Shown piece by piece: positions 54,791-64,000 of a DNA stretch of 64,000 nucleotides. The translations under genes were made by a program, and so were the position numbers. Each line of letters starts with the position of its first letter. Within the stretch, counting starts at the first letter, position 1. The notes under the pieces are model-generated. The model saw nothing but the letters and a program-made list of their open reading frames with translations, searched no databases and was not told where the DNA came from. Source of the DNA: Eledone cirrhosa (taxonomy: Eukaryota); contig OZ024740.1 of the NCBI GenBank assembly GCA_964016885.1, forward strand, positions 388,492,001-388,556,000, given 5' to 3'.

Positions 54791-56215
54791 AGGTCCGTGC
54801 CACATAGTATATCACACTGAATATCCCGCCTCTCATCTAACCAACAAATATTCGATCAACACGCTGAATACTACAACACTGCATTAGAACGGGCTGGCCA
54901 CACCGACAAACTAGAATACATGGACCGACACAACCATAAAACACATAAACATGGACACGCCAAACGCCCCCACAAACACCCGCACACACGCACCTAGACC
55001 ACCTAATACTAACCACACCACAAATACAACAGCAACATCAAAGCAAAACAGAACACTGAGTAGATCTTACATTTGGTATAATCCTATTTTTAACTCTTCT
55101 ATTAGCTCTAACTTACCTTCCACATTCTACAAAATTATAAAATAACACTTTCCAAATTCACATAAATATAGTAGTATACTTAATACCAAAACAATTAGAC
55201 TATCTTATTCCACTGCACCAAACCTAGACGCACACATTAAGATGCTCAACGACAAAAAACTCCGTAACAACAAGAACCCCAATCACTCAACACAACAATA
55301 CACCTAATACACAACCACCCACTAACAAACAGTATGCACAAAACACACTCTCACACACATCCCAGCCCACCTATAACTCCACCACTGCCCATAACAGAAA
55401 TTGTAATTGCCACCTTCCAGAGACTTGTCCATTGAATAACGAATGTTTGCATTCAAACCTAGTGTACAGGTGCTCGGTTGAGTCGGGCAACCAAACCTGG
55501 CACTACATAGGCAGCACTGCAAACACCTTCAAAACTCGTTGGTACACGCATCGTTACGCAATAAAGCACCACCAACACCGTTACGTAACGACTCTCGCCG
55601 ACAAAATTTGGCACTTAAAAGGGAATAACCGACAATACACCCTTAAATGGACCAAACTCTCACATGCTCCTCCATACCGGAGTGGGATGAAAACGTACCC
55701 GTTGTGTAATAATGAGCTCTTCCATATCCTAAGCTCAAGCCACCAACTACTAAACAACAAAATTGAAAGGTCAATTTTTTGCCAGCATAAACTGAAAGCG
55801 AAATTGTCACACTTCAAACCTTCAACTAAATCTTAACACTACTTCTCTTTCTACCCTAAATAACAATTCCACACTCCTAAAAATAGACTAGATATGAAAT
55901 TTAATACTTTCTTCCTTCATCTATACTCTGGAAAGACTTTCGCCTGTCCACTATCAAATGCCACCTAAAATTATATCTTCCTTCTCTCTCCCTCTACTCA
56001 TCACAACTTTTAGCACACAACCCTCCTCCCCCTCCCTTCTTGTAACTTAACTATATTCTATACAAATCCTCTCACAACACCCTATCTCTTTCTCTTTCCC
56101 TCCCTACCTACATCCCTTTTCTCTCTCTCTCTCTCCCCCTCTCTCTCTCTGTTCCTCTATCTTACACTTATTTCATTTCCTAAGGTCATTCCAACTTTGT
56201 ATTTTGAAAATTCGG
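54791..56215 (+). mobile_element. Penelope-like retroelement (PLE) remnant, 5'-truncated: RT thumb, linker, C-terminal GIY-YIG endonuclease and pyrimidine-rich 3' region
   Basis: Manual translation from 54797 gives VPHSISH*ISRLSSNQQIFDQHAEYYNTALERAGHTDKLEY. This is followed by IWYNPIFNSSISSNLPSTFYKIIK*HFPNSHKYSSILNTKTIRLSYSTAPNL, the WFNPPF...KHFP...SYS pattern of PLEs, and then the endonuclease domain. Stops and frameshifts show decay. Confidence 0.88.
55399..55836 (+). pseudogene. GIY-YIG endonuclease domain of the Penelope-like element
   Basis: NCNCHLPETCPLNNECLHSNLVYRCSV...HYIGSTANTFKTRWYTH...TTLADKIWHLK...LKW...PLCNNELFHI...LLNNKIERSIFCQH. It contains the LVY/YIG motifs, a conserved Arg after YIG, the Glu and the terminal LN, plus the Cys-rich prefix typical of PLE endonucleases. 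Confidence 0.88.
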
Positions 56216-56336
56216 ATAATAATAATGAAATTATTGTGTACAGTGCTCAGGTGCACTACAACTCATCAAAGGTGCATGTATAGTACATAGAATAATGTAC
56301 AAATGTCAGGAAAATAAACAGTGTATGAGTCATGAT
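56216..56336 (-). mobile_element. Extra ~120-bp CR1-type 3' terminus with (ATT)n tail, in tandem with the main LINE
   Basis: ATAATAATAATGAAATTATTGTGTACAGTGCTCAGGTGCACTACAACTCA...GAGTCATGAT aligns along its length with 56337-56466 (AATAATGAAATATTGTGTACAGTGCCCAGGTGCACCACAACTCA...GAGTCATGAT), with many substitutions. Confidence 0.85.
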
Positions 56337-59035
56337 ATAATAACAATAACAATAATGAAATATTGTGTACAGTGCCCAGGTGCACCACAACTCATAAAAA
56401 AAGTGCATGTACAGTATATAGGGCAATGCACAAACATCAGTAAAATGAACAGTGCACGAGTCATGATACACACATGTGTGCATGTGTATGGAAGGGGTAC
56501 ATCAGGTGTAGTTTTGGCGTATTTCGGGAAGCATGAGTGTCTTAAAGGATGCAGTGTCTCGGCAGCTAACAATTGACGCAGGCAGTTTGTTCCATGCTTC
56601 AGCAACTCTGAGCGTGAAAAAATGTCTGCGAAAGTCATGGGAGCTGTGCTGTTTTCTTATCTTGTAGGCATGTCCACGTGTGTTAGACACATGGAGATCA
56701 AAGAGGCGCTCAGGGTTGCAGTTGGCGAGATGGTTAAAAACTTTGTGGGTATTCACCAAGTCCATTGCCAGACGTTGGAGCTTCAATGAATCCATGCCCA
56801 GGGAAGCAAGGCGTTCAGAGTATGGTAGGTGTCTGATGGAGGGTATGCGCTTGGTTGCACGTCTCTGAACAGTTTCCAGGAGGTCAATGTTCCGAGCAAG
56901 ATAGGGGTTCCAGACTGATGATGCGAATTCCAAGTGTGGTCGCACCATAGCTGTATACAGTTTTAAATAGATGGCTGGAGAGCGGCTAACAAAGGTCTTG
57001 CTGAGTGATGCCAAGACACCCTCGGCCTTCTTGACAATCTTAGAGACATGCTTTGTCCAACGCAAATCGTTGCTGACAGTAATGCCCAGGTCACGTTCAC
57101 AAGAGGACTTTTTGATGTCAGTGTTGTGGAGGGAGTATGTGGACGCTGGATTTTTTCCTTCCAAAATGCATGGTGGTACACTTGTCCACAGCCAGCTTCA
57201 GTTGCCAGTCTGTGATCCATTGCTGCATTGTGTCCAGGTCTGATTGTAGGAAAGAGTTGTAAATTTCAGGATCAGTCCTTTTGATTTCAAGGTACAGCTT
57301 GATGTCATCTGCATATTTTAGTACCGTGGCATTCTGTAAGTTGGCATCTATGTCATTAATATATGCCACAAACAAAAGAGGACCAAGAACAGATCCCTGT
57401 GGTACACCAGATGACATCTCATATGGTGAAGAATGCTGTCCTAGAACCGTGACTACTTCCTTTCGGCTGAGAATGAAGGATTTCAGCCAGTCGAAAAGAT
57501 CATCCCTCACACCCATTGCAGAGAGTTTTGCCATAAGTCTTTTGTGTGGCACAGAATTAAAAGCCTTAGCAAAGTCAAGGTAAACAACATCCACCCATGA
57601 GCCGCTGTCAGTGATCCGGGTGATGTCCTCAAGGAACTCGATAAGCTGATCACAGCAGCTGGAGTTAGGGATAAATCCAAACTGTGAGGGCCGGATGAGG
57701 CTGTGAGAGCTCTAGAAGTTCCAAAGTGTTTCTCTGACACAGGATTCCATCAGTTTGGCCATACAGCTAGTAAGACTGACTAGACGATAGTTGACAGGTG
57801 ACATGCGGTTGCCCTTTTTGAACAGGGGAATGACACTGGCAGTTTTCCACTGCTCCGGAGTAGCACCATTGCTGAGACAGTATTGAAAGAAAAAAGAAAG
57901 CTGGCGCAAAAGGAAATCCCGCCACGTTTGAGAAGCAGGTATGTCACACCATCAAGACCAGGGGAGACATAGTTGCGCTTAGTCTTAAGGTGACGTCGCA
58001 ACATTGCAGGTGTAAATTCCATAGTTGTTATGGAATTTGATGTTAGAGATGGTGGAGATGGTACATTCTGGTTTTCAACAGTAAAAATACTTGCATAGCA
58101 CTCAGCAATGAGTTCTGCGCATTCCTTGGGATCGTCAGTGATCTGGCTTTTGTGGGGATTGCGAAGAGGACCAACTGGAGAGTGAGGTCTCTGCTTTGAA
58201 TGAACATATTTCCAGAACACCTTACTGTCAGGATTGGTTGCGATGCACTGTTCAAATTCAAGCACTGCCTTCTTTGTCACTTGCTTGAGATGGTTAGAAG
58301 ATTTATTCCGCTTTTTTCTATTGGCATCTGATCTATGCAGTTTATATTCCCGTTCAGCGTTCCGACGTTCTTTCCTGGCAAGTCGGACCGCTGAAGTTTC
58401 CCAGATTGCACTTTTGGGGTGGTTATTTTTCCGCTTCCGTGGCACTGATGCTGCACACGCTATCCATATTGAGTCCAGGATGCTCTGGAGTATAGAGTTC
58501 ACATCTCCAGAGTTATACATCTCATGCCAGTTTGGGCGCTGTAGCTCAGTGCAGTACAAGTTCCAATCCGCCCTCTTCCAATCAAAGCAAGCAGATTGGA
58601 GATGGCCCTGGTTTTTGTTGCTGCCCTCAAATGCCAGATTGGCAATGATCATAGCATGACCAGAGTCGCCTAGAGGTTACTCAGTAGTACAACTGATAAC
58701 CACTTCAGGAGTAGTGGTGAAGATCAGGTCCAAAGTGTTGTCACCTCTTGTTGGAGAGGTGACTACTTGTGACCAGTTTGAGTCCAACACTAGTTCAAGG
58801 AAATCGTTTGCACCCTGTGGCCAACGAAAGGTTTCCCAATCGATCTCAGGATGATTGAAGTCACCTTCAATAAACACGTAAGTGGCTGTTTTCTTGGCAG
58901 CAACTCTGAGGATATCGCAAAGCTGTGTGTCCTGATGGTAGTTTGGGGGGGCGATAAACAACACCAGATGCTACAGTATCTTTCTTGATTGCCTATTATT
59001 ACATAGTGTAGTACAAATGAACTGAAATTCTGATG
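56337..59035 (-). mobile_element. CR1-clade non-LTR retrotransposon (LINE), 5'-truncated within the APE endonuclease, with 3' UTR and (ATT/GTT)n tail
   Basis: Ordered ORF2 motifs on the minus strand (see next feature), a stop at 56502, a ~150-bp 3' UTR and a degenerate ATAATAACAATAACAATAAT tail on the + strand. The 5' boundary is approximate (58980-59040). Confidence 0.95.
56502..59035 (-). pseudogene. Frameshifted LINE ORF2 (APE endonuclease plus reverse transcriptase)
   Basis: Endonuclease motifs: GVVYRPP, GDFNHPEIDW, PTRGDNTLDLIFT. RT motifs: WKTASVIPLFKKG..NYRLVSLTS, VYLDFAKAFNSVPH, GVPQGSVLGPLLF, YADD. CR1-type C-terminus: ERDLGI, RPHLEFASSVWNPY, LETVQRRATKRI, SNTRGH, RRHFFTLRV..WNKLP. 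The motifs are split over at least 5 ORF fragments. Confidence 0.95.
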
Positions 59036-59104
59036 AAACAATTGCTAATACGTGGATTAAATTCTTTTGTAACTGTTTACCTTCGTCCTATTTCTCTCTT
59101 CTTT

Positions 59105-59196
59105 GATATATATATATATACATCTATATATACATACACATAATCATACATATATACACACGTACACACACACACATGCATATATATATATAAAGG

Positions 59197-59241
<45 letters not shown>

Positions 59242-59258
59242 CATACATATACGTGTTT

Positions 59259-59315
<57 letters not shown>

Positions 59316-59597
59316 CACATAATCATACATATATACACACTTACATACACACACATACATACACACATATATACACGCATACATACGCATACACAAATAT
59401 AGATATATGTACACACACCTACACACACACACACACAATTAATTATAAGAAAACATATAATAAAAATACCGTCACGTAAGAATAAAAATAAATGTAAAAA
59501 TTATTATTAAGTTGACAGCGATACAGGCAACAAATAAATGAACAAACATACGTGGTAAGCAATACACACAATTGCACATACATACATAAAAATAAAT

Positions 59598-59635
<38 letters not shown>

Positions 59636-59655
59636 ATACATATACATATACACAT

Positions 59656-59726
<71 letters not shown>

Positions 59727-59826
59727 TACATACATATACACACACACATACATATAAATACATACACACACATGTATGTGTGTAAAACTAATTCTTGGAT
59801 GTATTCATTGCACCTTGTTTAACTCT

Positions 59827-59890
<64 letters not shown>

Positions 59891-59906
59891 TATATATATA
59901 TATATA
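59105..59906. repeat. Compound microsatellite cluster of (TA)n, (CA)n and (TACA)n
   Basis: Long (TA)n runs at ~59200-59236, ~59261-59311 and ~59830-59906, and (CA)n/(CATA)n at ~59330-59436 and ~59600-59770. Confidence 0.97.
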
Positions 59907-59966
59907 GCGGCGATGAATTAGTTTTGCGAGGTTTTTTATATGAAATCGTGTGTCGAAACAAATATT

Positions 59967-60440
59967 GTTATACTTGGGGAGGGTCATATTTGTGTAATAT
60001 TGCCAGAATTAATAACAGAACACACTCACTGTTTGGTTGGTTTTCGCTTCTCGCTTCTGTGTCTTTTATATCGGTAATCTAACTTACTCGGTCCTCAATG
60101 TTGCCATTGACTGACCGACGGTCAAAAATAATACAGATACAATATAGACACAAACACATATATATAGTTTATCATAAATCTTTCGTTGCACATCTGCAAC
60201 ATCGTCAGTGGTGTTATCGTTTCTTCCTGTTGTATTATATGTCTACGCCATTTTTATTCAGTCTGTTTATATATTTATTTATTTATAAATAAATAAATAA
60301 ATACATACACAAACACAATAACAACAAGCACATAAACACACACTAGTCACCCATCACACAGCAAACAAAACACTACACACACGCAAACACATGCGCAAAG
60401 AAGACAAAATAAAATAAACAAACAAGCAAATAAATAAATA
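59967..60440 (+). repeat. Dispersed repeat, copy 1 (unclassified non-autonomous element)
   Basis: 59967-60285 (GTTATACTTGGGGAGGGTCATATTTG...CTTACTCGGTCCTCAATGTTGCCATTGACTGACC...GTCTACGCCATTTTT) closely matches 63475-63815. 60286-60440 is the reverse complement of ~63802-63970. Confidence 0.85.
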
Positions 60441-60553
60441 ATTATTTTTCATCGAAAAAATTTTTTGAATACATCTTCTCTTTTCATGATATTCGGATTA
60501 CATTGAGTTCTTCATACGGATTGGACACTACCGTACATTTTGGTAGATTTATC

Positions 60554-60556
<3 letters not shown>

Positions 60557-60605
<49 letters not shown>

Positions 60606-60981
60606 TATGTTCCCGCATATATATATATAAGAAAGTATGGTAAGACACCAGGTGGACCATAACGCACCAGAGTACTCGAAACTTAGGGTAGTAGAGTTCG
60701 GATCTAGCTGTCGAAACGGCCGAGCTCTGCCGTCGGGGTCCTGACACTTTTCATATATATATATATATATATATATACTTAGTTTTGTCATGAGTTAAGG
60801 CTCTATTGATTTTTGCCTGGATTTCTCTAAATTCTGTTGGATAAATCTATATCCTGATTCTTTTTGAATTGAGTCTGAATTATTTTTCCCATATCTTGTT
60901 AACTATTTTCCCATTTTGACGCTATAGTCGCATATATGTTATGGAATACTGTTAGCTTCTCGCTACAACGATTTCTATACT

Positions 60982-61052
<71 letters not shown>
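60557..61052. repeat. Three (TA)n microsatellites separating short unique islands
   Basis: (TA)n runs at ~60557-60599, ~60753-60777 and ~60986-61052. Confidence 0.95.
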
Positions 61053-61059
<7 letters not shown>

Positions 61060-62084
61060 CATGAGAAGAAAGAAGAATACTGCGTGGTTGCACATGGGTT
61101 ACATATGATAAAAATAGTCCGTCGTCAGTGATTTTCCAACCATCATTGGTATTTCATCGCATTAAAAATCATATACCTCAGGTTGGTGCGAGCAATAACT
61201 AAAAAAAGTTATTGGGACCAGTAAATCGCGTAAAGCGTGGGGGGGGGGGGGGGGCAAGTGAACAACATAGAAGGATAAAAGCAAACCAAAGAAAGGAAAA
61301 AAACAAGCAACATGGTTGTCCTGGTCAGCATAAGCTGGGTGGATTTCATGAGCGAAAGGTACAGACGTCCGACGTGAGTGAGATGTAAGCAAGAAGAGAC
61401 CCACTGTAAGCCAAACGGGAGGAAGTGAGAAAGGGAGAAACAGAGAGTGAGTGAGTGGAAGTGCGAGGAAGCGGTCAGTCGAGAGAAAGTGTAACTGACA
61501 GAGGGGCGAAAGAAGGTGAGAGAAACAGAGAGAACGGGAAAGCAGTAAGAGAGAAACAGACAAACGCAGCCGAGGTAAATATATATTAAAAACATGAGAA
61601 GAAAGAAGAATACTGCGTGGTTGAACATGGGTTACATATGATAAAAATAGTCCTTCGTCAGTTATTTTCCAAATATAAATAAAGAATTCGAAGTTTGAAA
61701 GCCATGGCAATGTGGGTTGAACAGAGAATAATTAAATCGAAAGAAACAGGGCTTCATATTTAACCTGAATTTATTCAAATGTACTGATTTCGAGATTAAT
61801 AACTCTTCTTCCGAGGAAAATAAAGGAACTATTCAAGTACCCGATGTGGTTTGCTATACCATGCTGGCCAGAAGTGGTTTTATCATTATTCTTTTCTAAC
61901 CTCTTTTGTTTAAAATTAAGGTCTGGACAGGTCAAAGAGGTACAGAGCTGTTTCCCTTTAAATCCGCTTAGACGCATATATATTTGAAGAATTTAAGGTA
62001 AAAAAACAAGCCCTATTTCTTACGAGTTAATTATTCTCCGTCCATACACGTATTGTCGTGGCTTTCAAACTTCGAATTCTTTAT
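61053..62084 (-). mobile_element. Probable decayed Penelope-like element cluster: two ~88-bp direct terminal repeats and a ~105-bp inverted repeat
   Basis: Direct repeats at 61053-61139 and ~61585-61672, each abutting (TA)n and each carrying CTGACGA on the minus strand. Inverted repeat at 61679-61783 vs 61979-62084. A minus-strand frame near 61810-61745 reads EELLISKSVHLNKFRLN, resembling the LxIxESLxI...PxLN end of Penelope GIY-YIG domains. The repeats are observed; the PLE assignment is inference. Confidence 0.55.
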
Positions 62085-62124
62085 ACCATAATATGATGCT
62101 TCAAGTAAATTACAAATTCCTTCT

Positions 62125-62132
<8 letters not shown>

Positions 62133-62216
<84 letters not shown>
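62133..62216. repeat. (TG)n microsatellite, ~42 units
   Basis: Perfect TG run. Confidence 0.98.
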
Positions 62217-62219
<3 letters not shown>

Positions 62220-62234
62220 AAATTCCTTTTCCAG

Positions 62235-62306
62235 CCTCTTTTGAACTACACAACAGGTACAGCCAGCTGCGTTCATTGTAGCGACAAACACAGAAAGACA
62301 GAGCTG
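62235..62306 (+). other. Possible isolated 72-bp phase-0 host exon (PLLNYTTGTASCVHCSDKHRKTEL)
   Basis: Acceptor TTCCTTTTCCAG before 62235 and donor CTG|GTAAAT after 62306. The length is a multiple of 3 and only phase 0 is stop-free. No homology recognised. Confidence 0.3.
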
Positions 62307-62846
62307 GTAAATTCTGCATGATGAATTCCAGAGATAATGTCTTATTTTCCCCCGTGTTGTTCTATTGGACAAAGCCGAAAGCAGATACATATGCCGGTTT
62401 TGGGTTGATACAACTGACTGTTGGAGTATACACGTGTTTACGTAAATGTTACTAACAGTCCAGCTTTAGACGTAACTATCTGTGGTTTTGTTAAACATCA
62501 ACATTTTAAAGTTTTATTCACTGACTGACTCTATCATCGTTTGTTTAATGCTAGATGACCATAATTAATTTGTGAGATATATCATTAATTTTGATGTCTG
62601 TATTGGAGGGGTTGATTATCGTTAGGACGCTGAACATATTAAGCGTTTGTTGACAACCCAAATAATTTATTCAAATTTGCTATCTCACAACAGATTCCGT
62701 AGAGAAATACTCTGGAACTAAGTAACACCTGTTAGCATTGAGTAGGACAATATGAGACCTAATGTTGCAGTACCATGCATGCGTGAAGCACCTCATGGTA
62801 TTATGTTTCATGGACTTGTTAGTGTATATATATATATATATATATA

Positions 62847-63436
62847 CTAGCCGAATTACCCGCGCCTTGCTCTGTTTCACACATTTCTTTAAAAAGAAAA
62901 TGTTGATTGATTTTAAATCAGTGATATAATTTATGGAGAAAAACTCTGCATTTCAATATTACTCAATGTAAAATGTAATGGATGAAAAATTGGAAAACAT
63001 TATTTTTTGTAATATAATCAAAATTACATCATTAAATCTTATTCTTATTTTGTTTCTTGTAAATAATTTTTTTTAAAATACCAATTCGAAACTTGATCAT
63101 TTCATTTTTGTGTAAAGCATTATTTAATTTGGGCTTCCAAAATTTTCACTATAGGAGTTTTAACCCCGATTAGGGTGTCTTAATATTATTGAACTTTGCT
63201 GAAATGTTGTGAATAGACATCATATCTTGTCATTTACCTATGGTTTAAATTTCATATAAATCGAAGGGAAAATTATTTTCAGCGGGGGTTTGTGCCCCCG
63301 GGGAACACTTTGATTAAAATGAAATATACTTATCCAAGTACCCTGGTCCATGTAGTTTCAGAATATATATGGTTATGGGGGTATATCTCCAAAACCATAG
63401 GAGTTCGTGAACAAACAGACACGAACTACAACTTTT

Positions 63437-63445
<9 letters not shown>
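62847..63445 (-). mobile_element. Non-autonomous Helitron-like element (~600 bp)
   Basis: The minus-strand 3' end reads ...CAGAGCAAGGCGCGGGTAATTCGGCTAG|T, i.e. a CTAG terminus followed by T with a degenerate GC-rich hairpin ~10 nt upstream. The minus-strand 5' end reads TATATATAAAAAGTTGTAGTTCGTGTCTGTTTGTT and merges into (TA)n, so the canonical TC is not visible. No TIRs or TSD are resolvable. Confidence 0.72.
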
Positions 63446-63472
<27 letters not shown>

Positions 63473-63474
63473 TA

Positions 63475-64000
63475 GTTATATTTGGGGAGGGTCATATTTG
63501 CGTAATATTGCCAGAATTAATAACAGAACACACTCACTGTTTGGTTGGTTTTCGCTTCTCGCTGTCTTTTATATATATATATCTGCGATCTAACTTACTC
63601 GGTCCTCAATGTTGCCATTGACTGACCGGCGGTCAAAAATAATACAGATACAATATAGACACAAACACATATATATAGTTTACATAATTTACATAAATCT
63701 TTCGTTGCACATCTGCAACATCGTCAGTGGTGTTATATTCATTGTTCCTCCTGTTGTGTTGTATGTCTACGCCATTTTTTTTTTTGTTCAGTCTGTCTAT
63801 ATATTTATTTATTTATTTGCTTGTTTGTTTATCTTATTTTATTTTGTCTTCTTTGCGCATGCGTTTGCGTGTGTGTATAGTGTTATGTGTGATGTGTGAC
63901 TAGTGTGTATAGTGTTGTGTCTGCTGGGTGACTAGTGTGTGTTTATGTGCTTGTGTATGTATTTATTTATCTTATTTTATAAAAAATAAAATAAGATAAA
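63475..64000 (+). repeat. Dispersed repeat, copy 2 (same family as 59967-60440); runs off the right window edge
   Basis: Direct alignment with copy 1. It ends in the inverted pair TTTATCTTATTTTA (63966-63979) / TAAAATAAGATAAA (63987-64000). Confidence 0.85.

Noticed and set aside
55322-58659. Short ORFs antisense or out of frame to the PLE and CR1 coding regions
   Set aside because: They are shadow frames of the retroelement ORFs with no independent motifs.
60780-60900. Minus-strand peptide EFREIQAKINRALTHDKT as a LINE linker fragment
   Set aside because: It is too short and interrupted by stops to assign without a search.
59124-62390. ORFs rich in YI, CV or HT dipeptides
   Set aside because: They are translations of (TA)n, (TG)n and (CA)n microsatellites.
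62680-62825. Second possible exon after CACAACAG
   Set aside because: All three frames hit stops within ~30 nt, the pyrimidine tract is weak and there is no convincing donor.

Overview
Eukaryotic, gene-poor window, probably from an octopus/cephalopod genome (inferred from a SINE resembling octopus OR/OK SINEs and the dense (TA)n/(CA)n landscape). Positions 1 to ~54,330 are one uninterrupted, highly homogeneous 51-bp tandem satellite of about 1,060 monomers, consensus GTCTACAGTCTAGGGAGAGAGACAAGGGAGACTATATTAAGACTAGTATAT. Diagnostic variants reveal nested, irregular higher-order duplications (0.26-5.5 kb) and spatial domains. All long + strand ORFs in the track (LVYVYSLGRETRETILR and DYIKTSICLQSRERDKG repeats) arise because the 51-bp unit is stop-free in two frames; they are not called as genes. 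The array ends abruptly. The last ~9.7 kb is a mosaic of decayed mobile DNA: a tRNA-derived SINE, a Penelope-like element remnant (RT thumb plus C-terminal GIY-YIG endonuclease), a 5'-truncated CR1-clade LINE on the minus strand with a doubled 3' end, a repeat present twice that appears to contain an internal fold-back, Penelope-like direct and inverted termini with hammerhead-like relics, a non-autonomous Helitron, microsatellites and one possible 72-bp host exon. No intact protein-coding gene, CRISPR array or RNA gene is supported, and I found no convincing novel multi-gene system.
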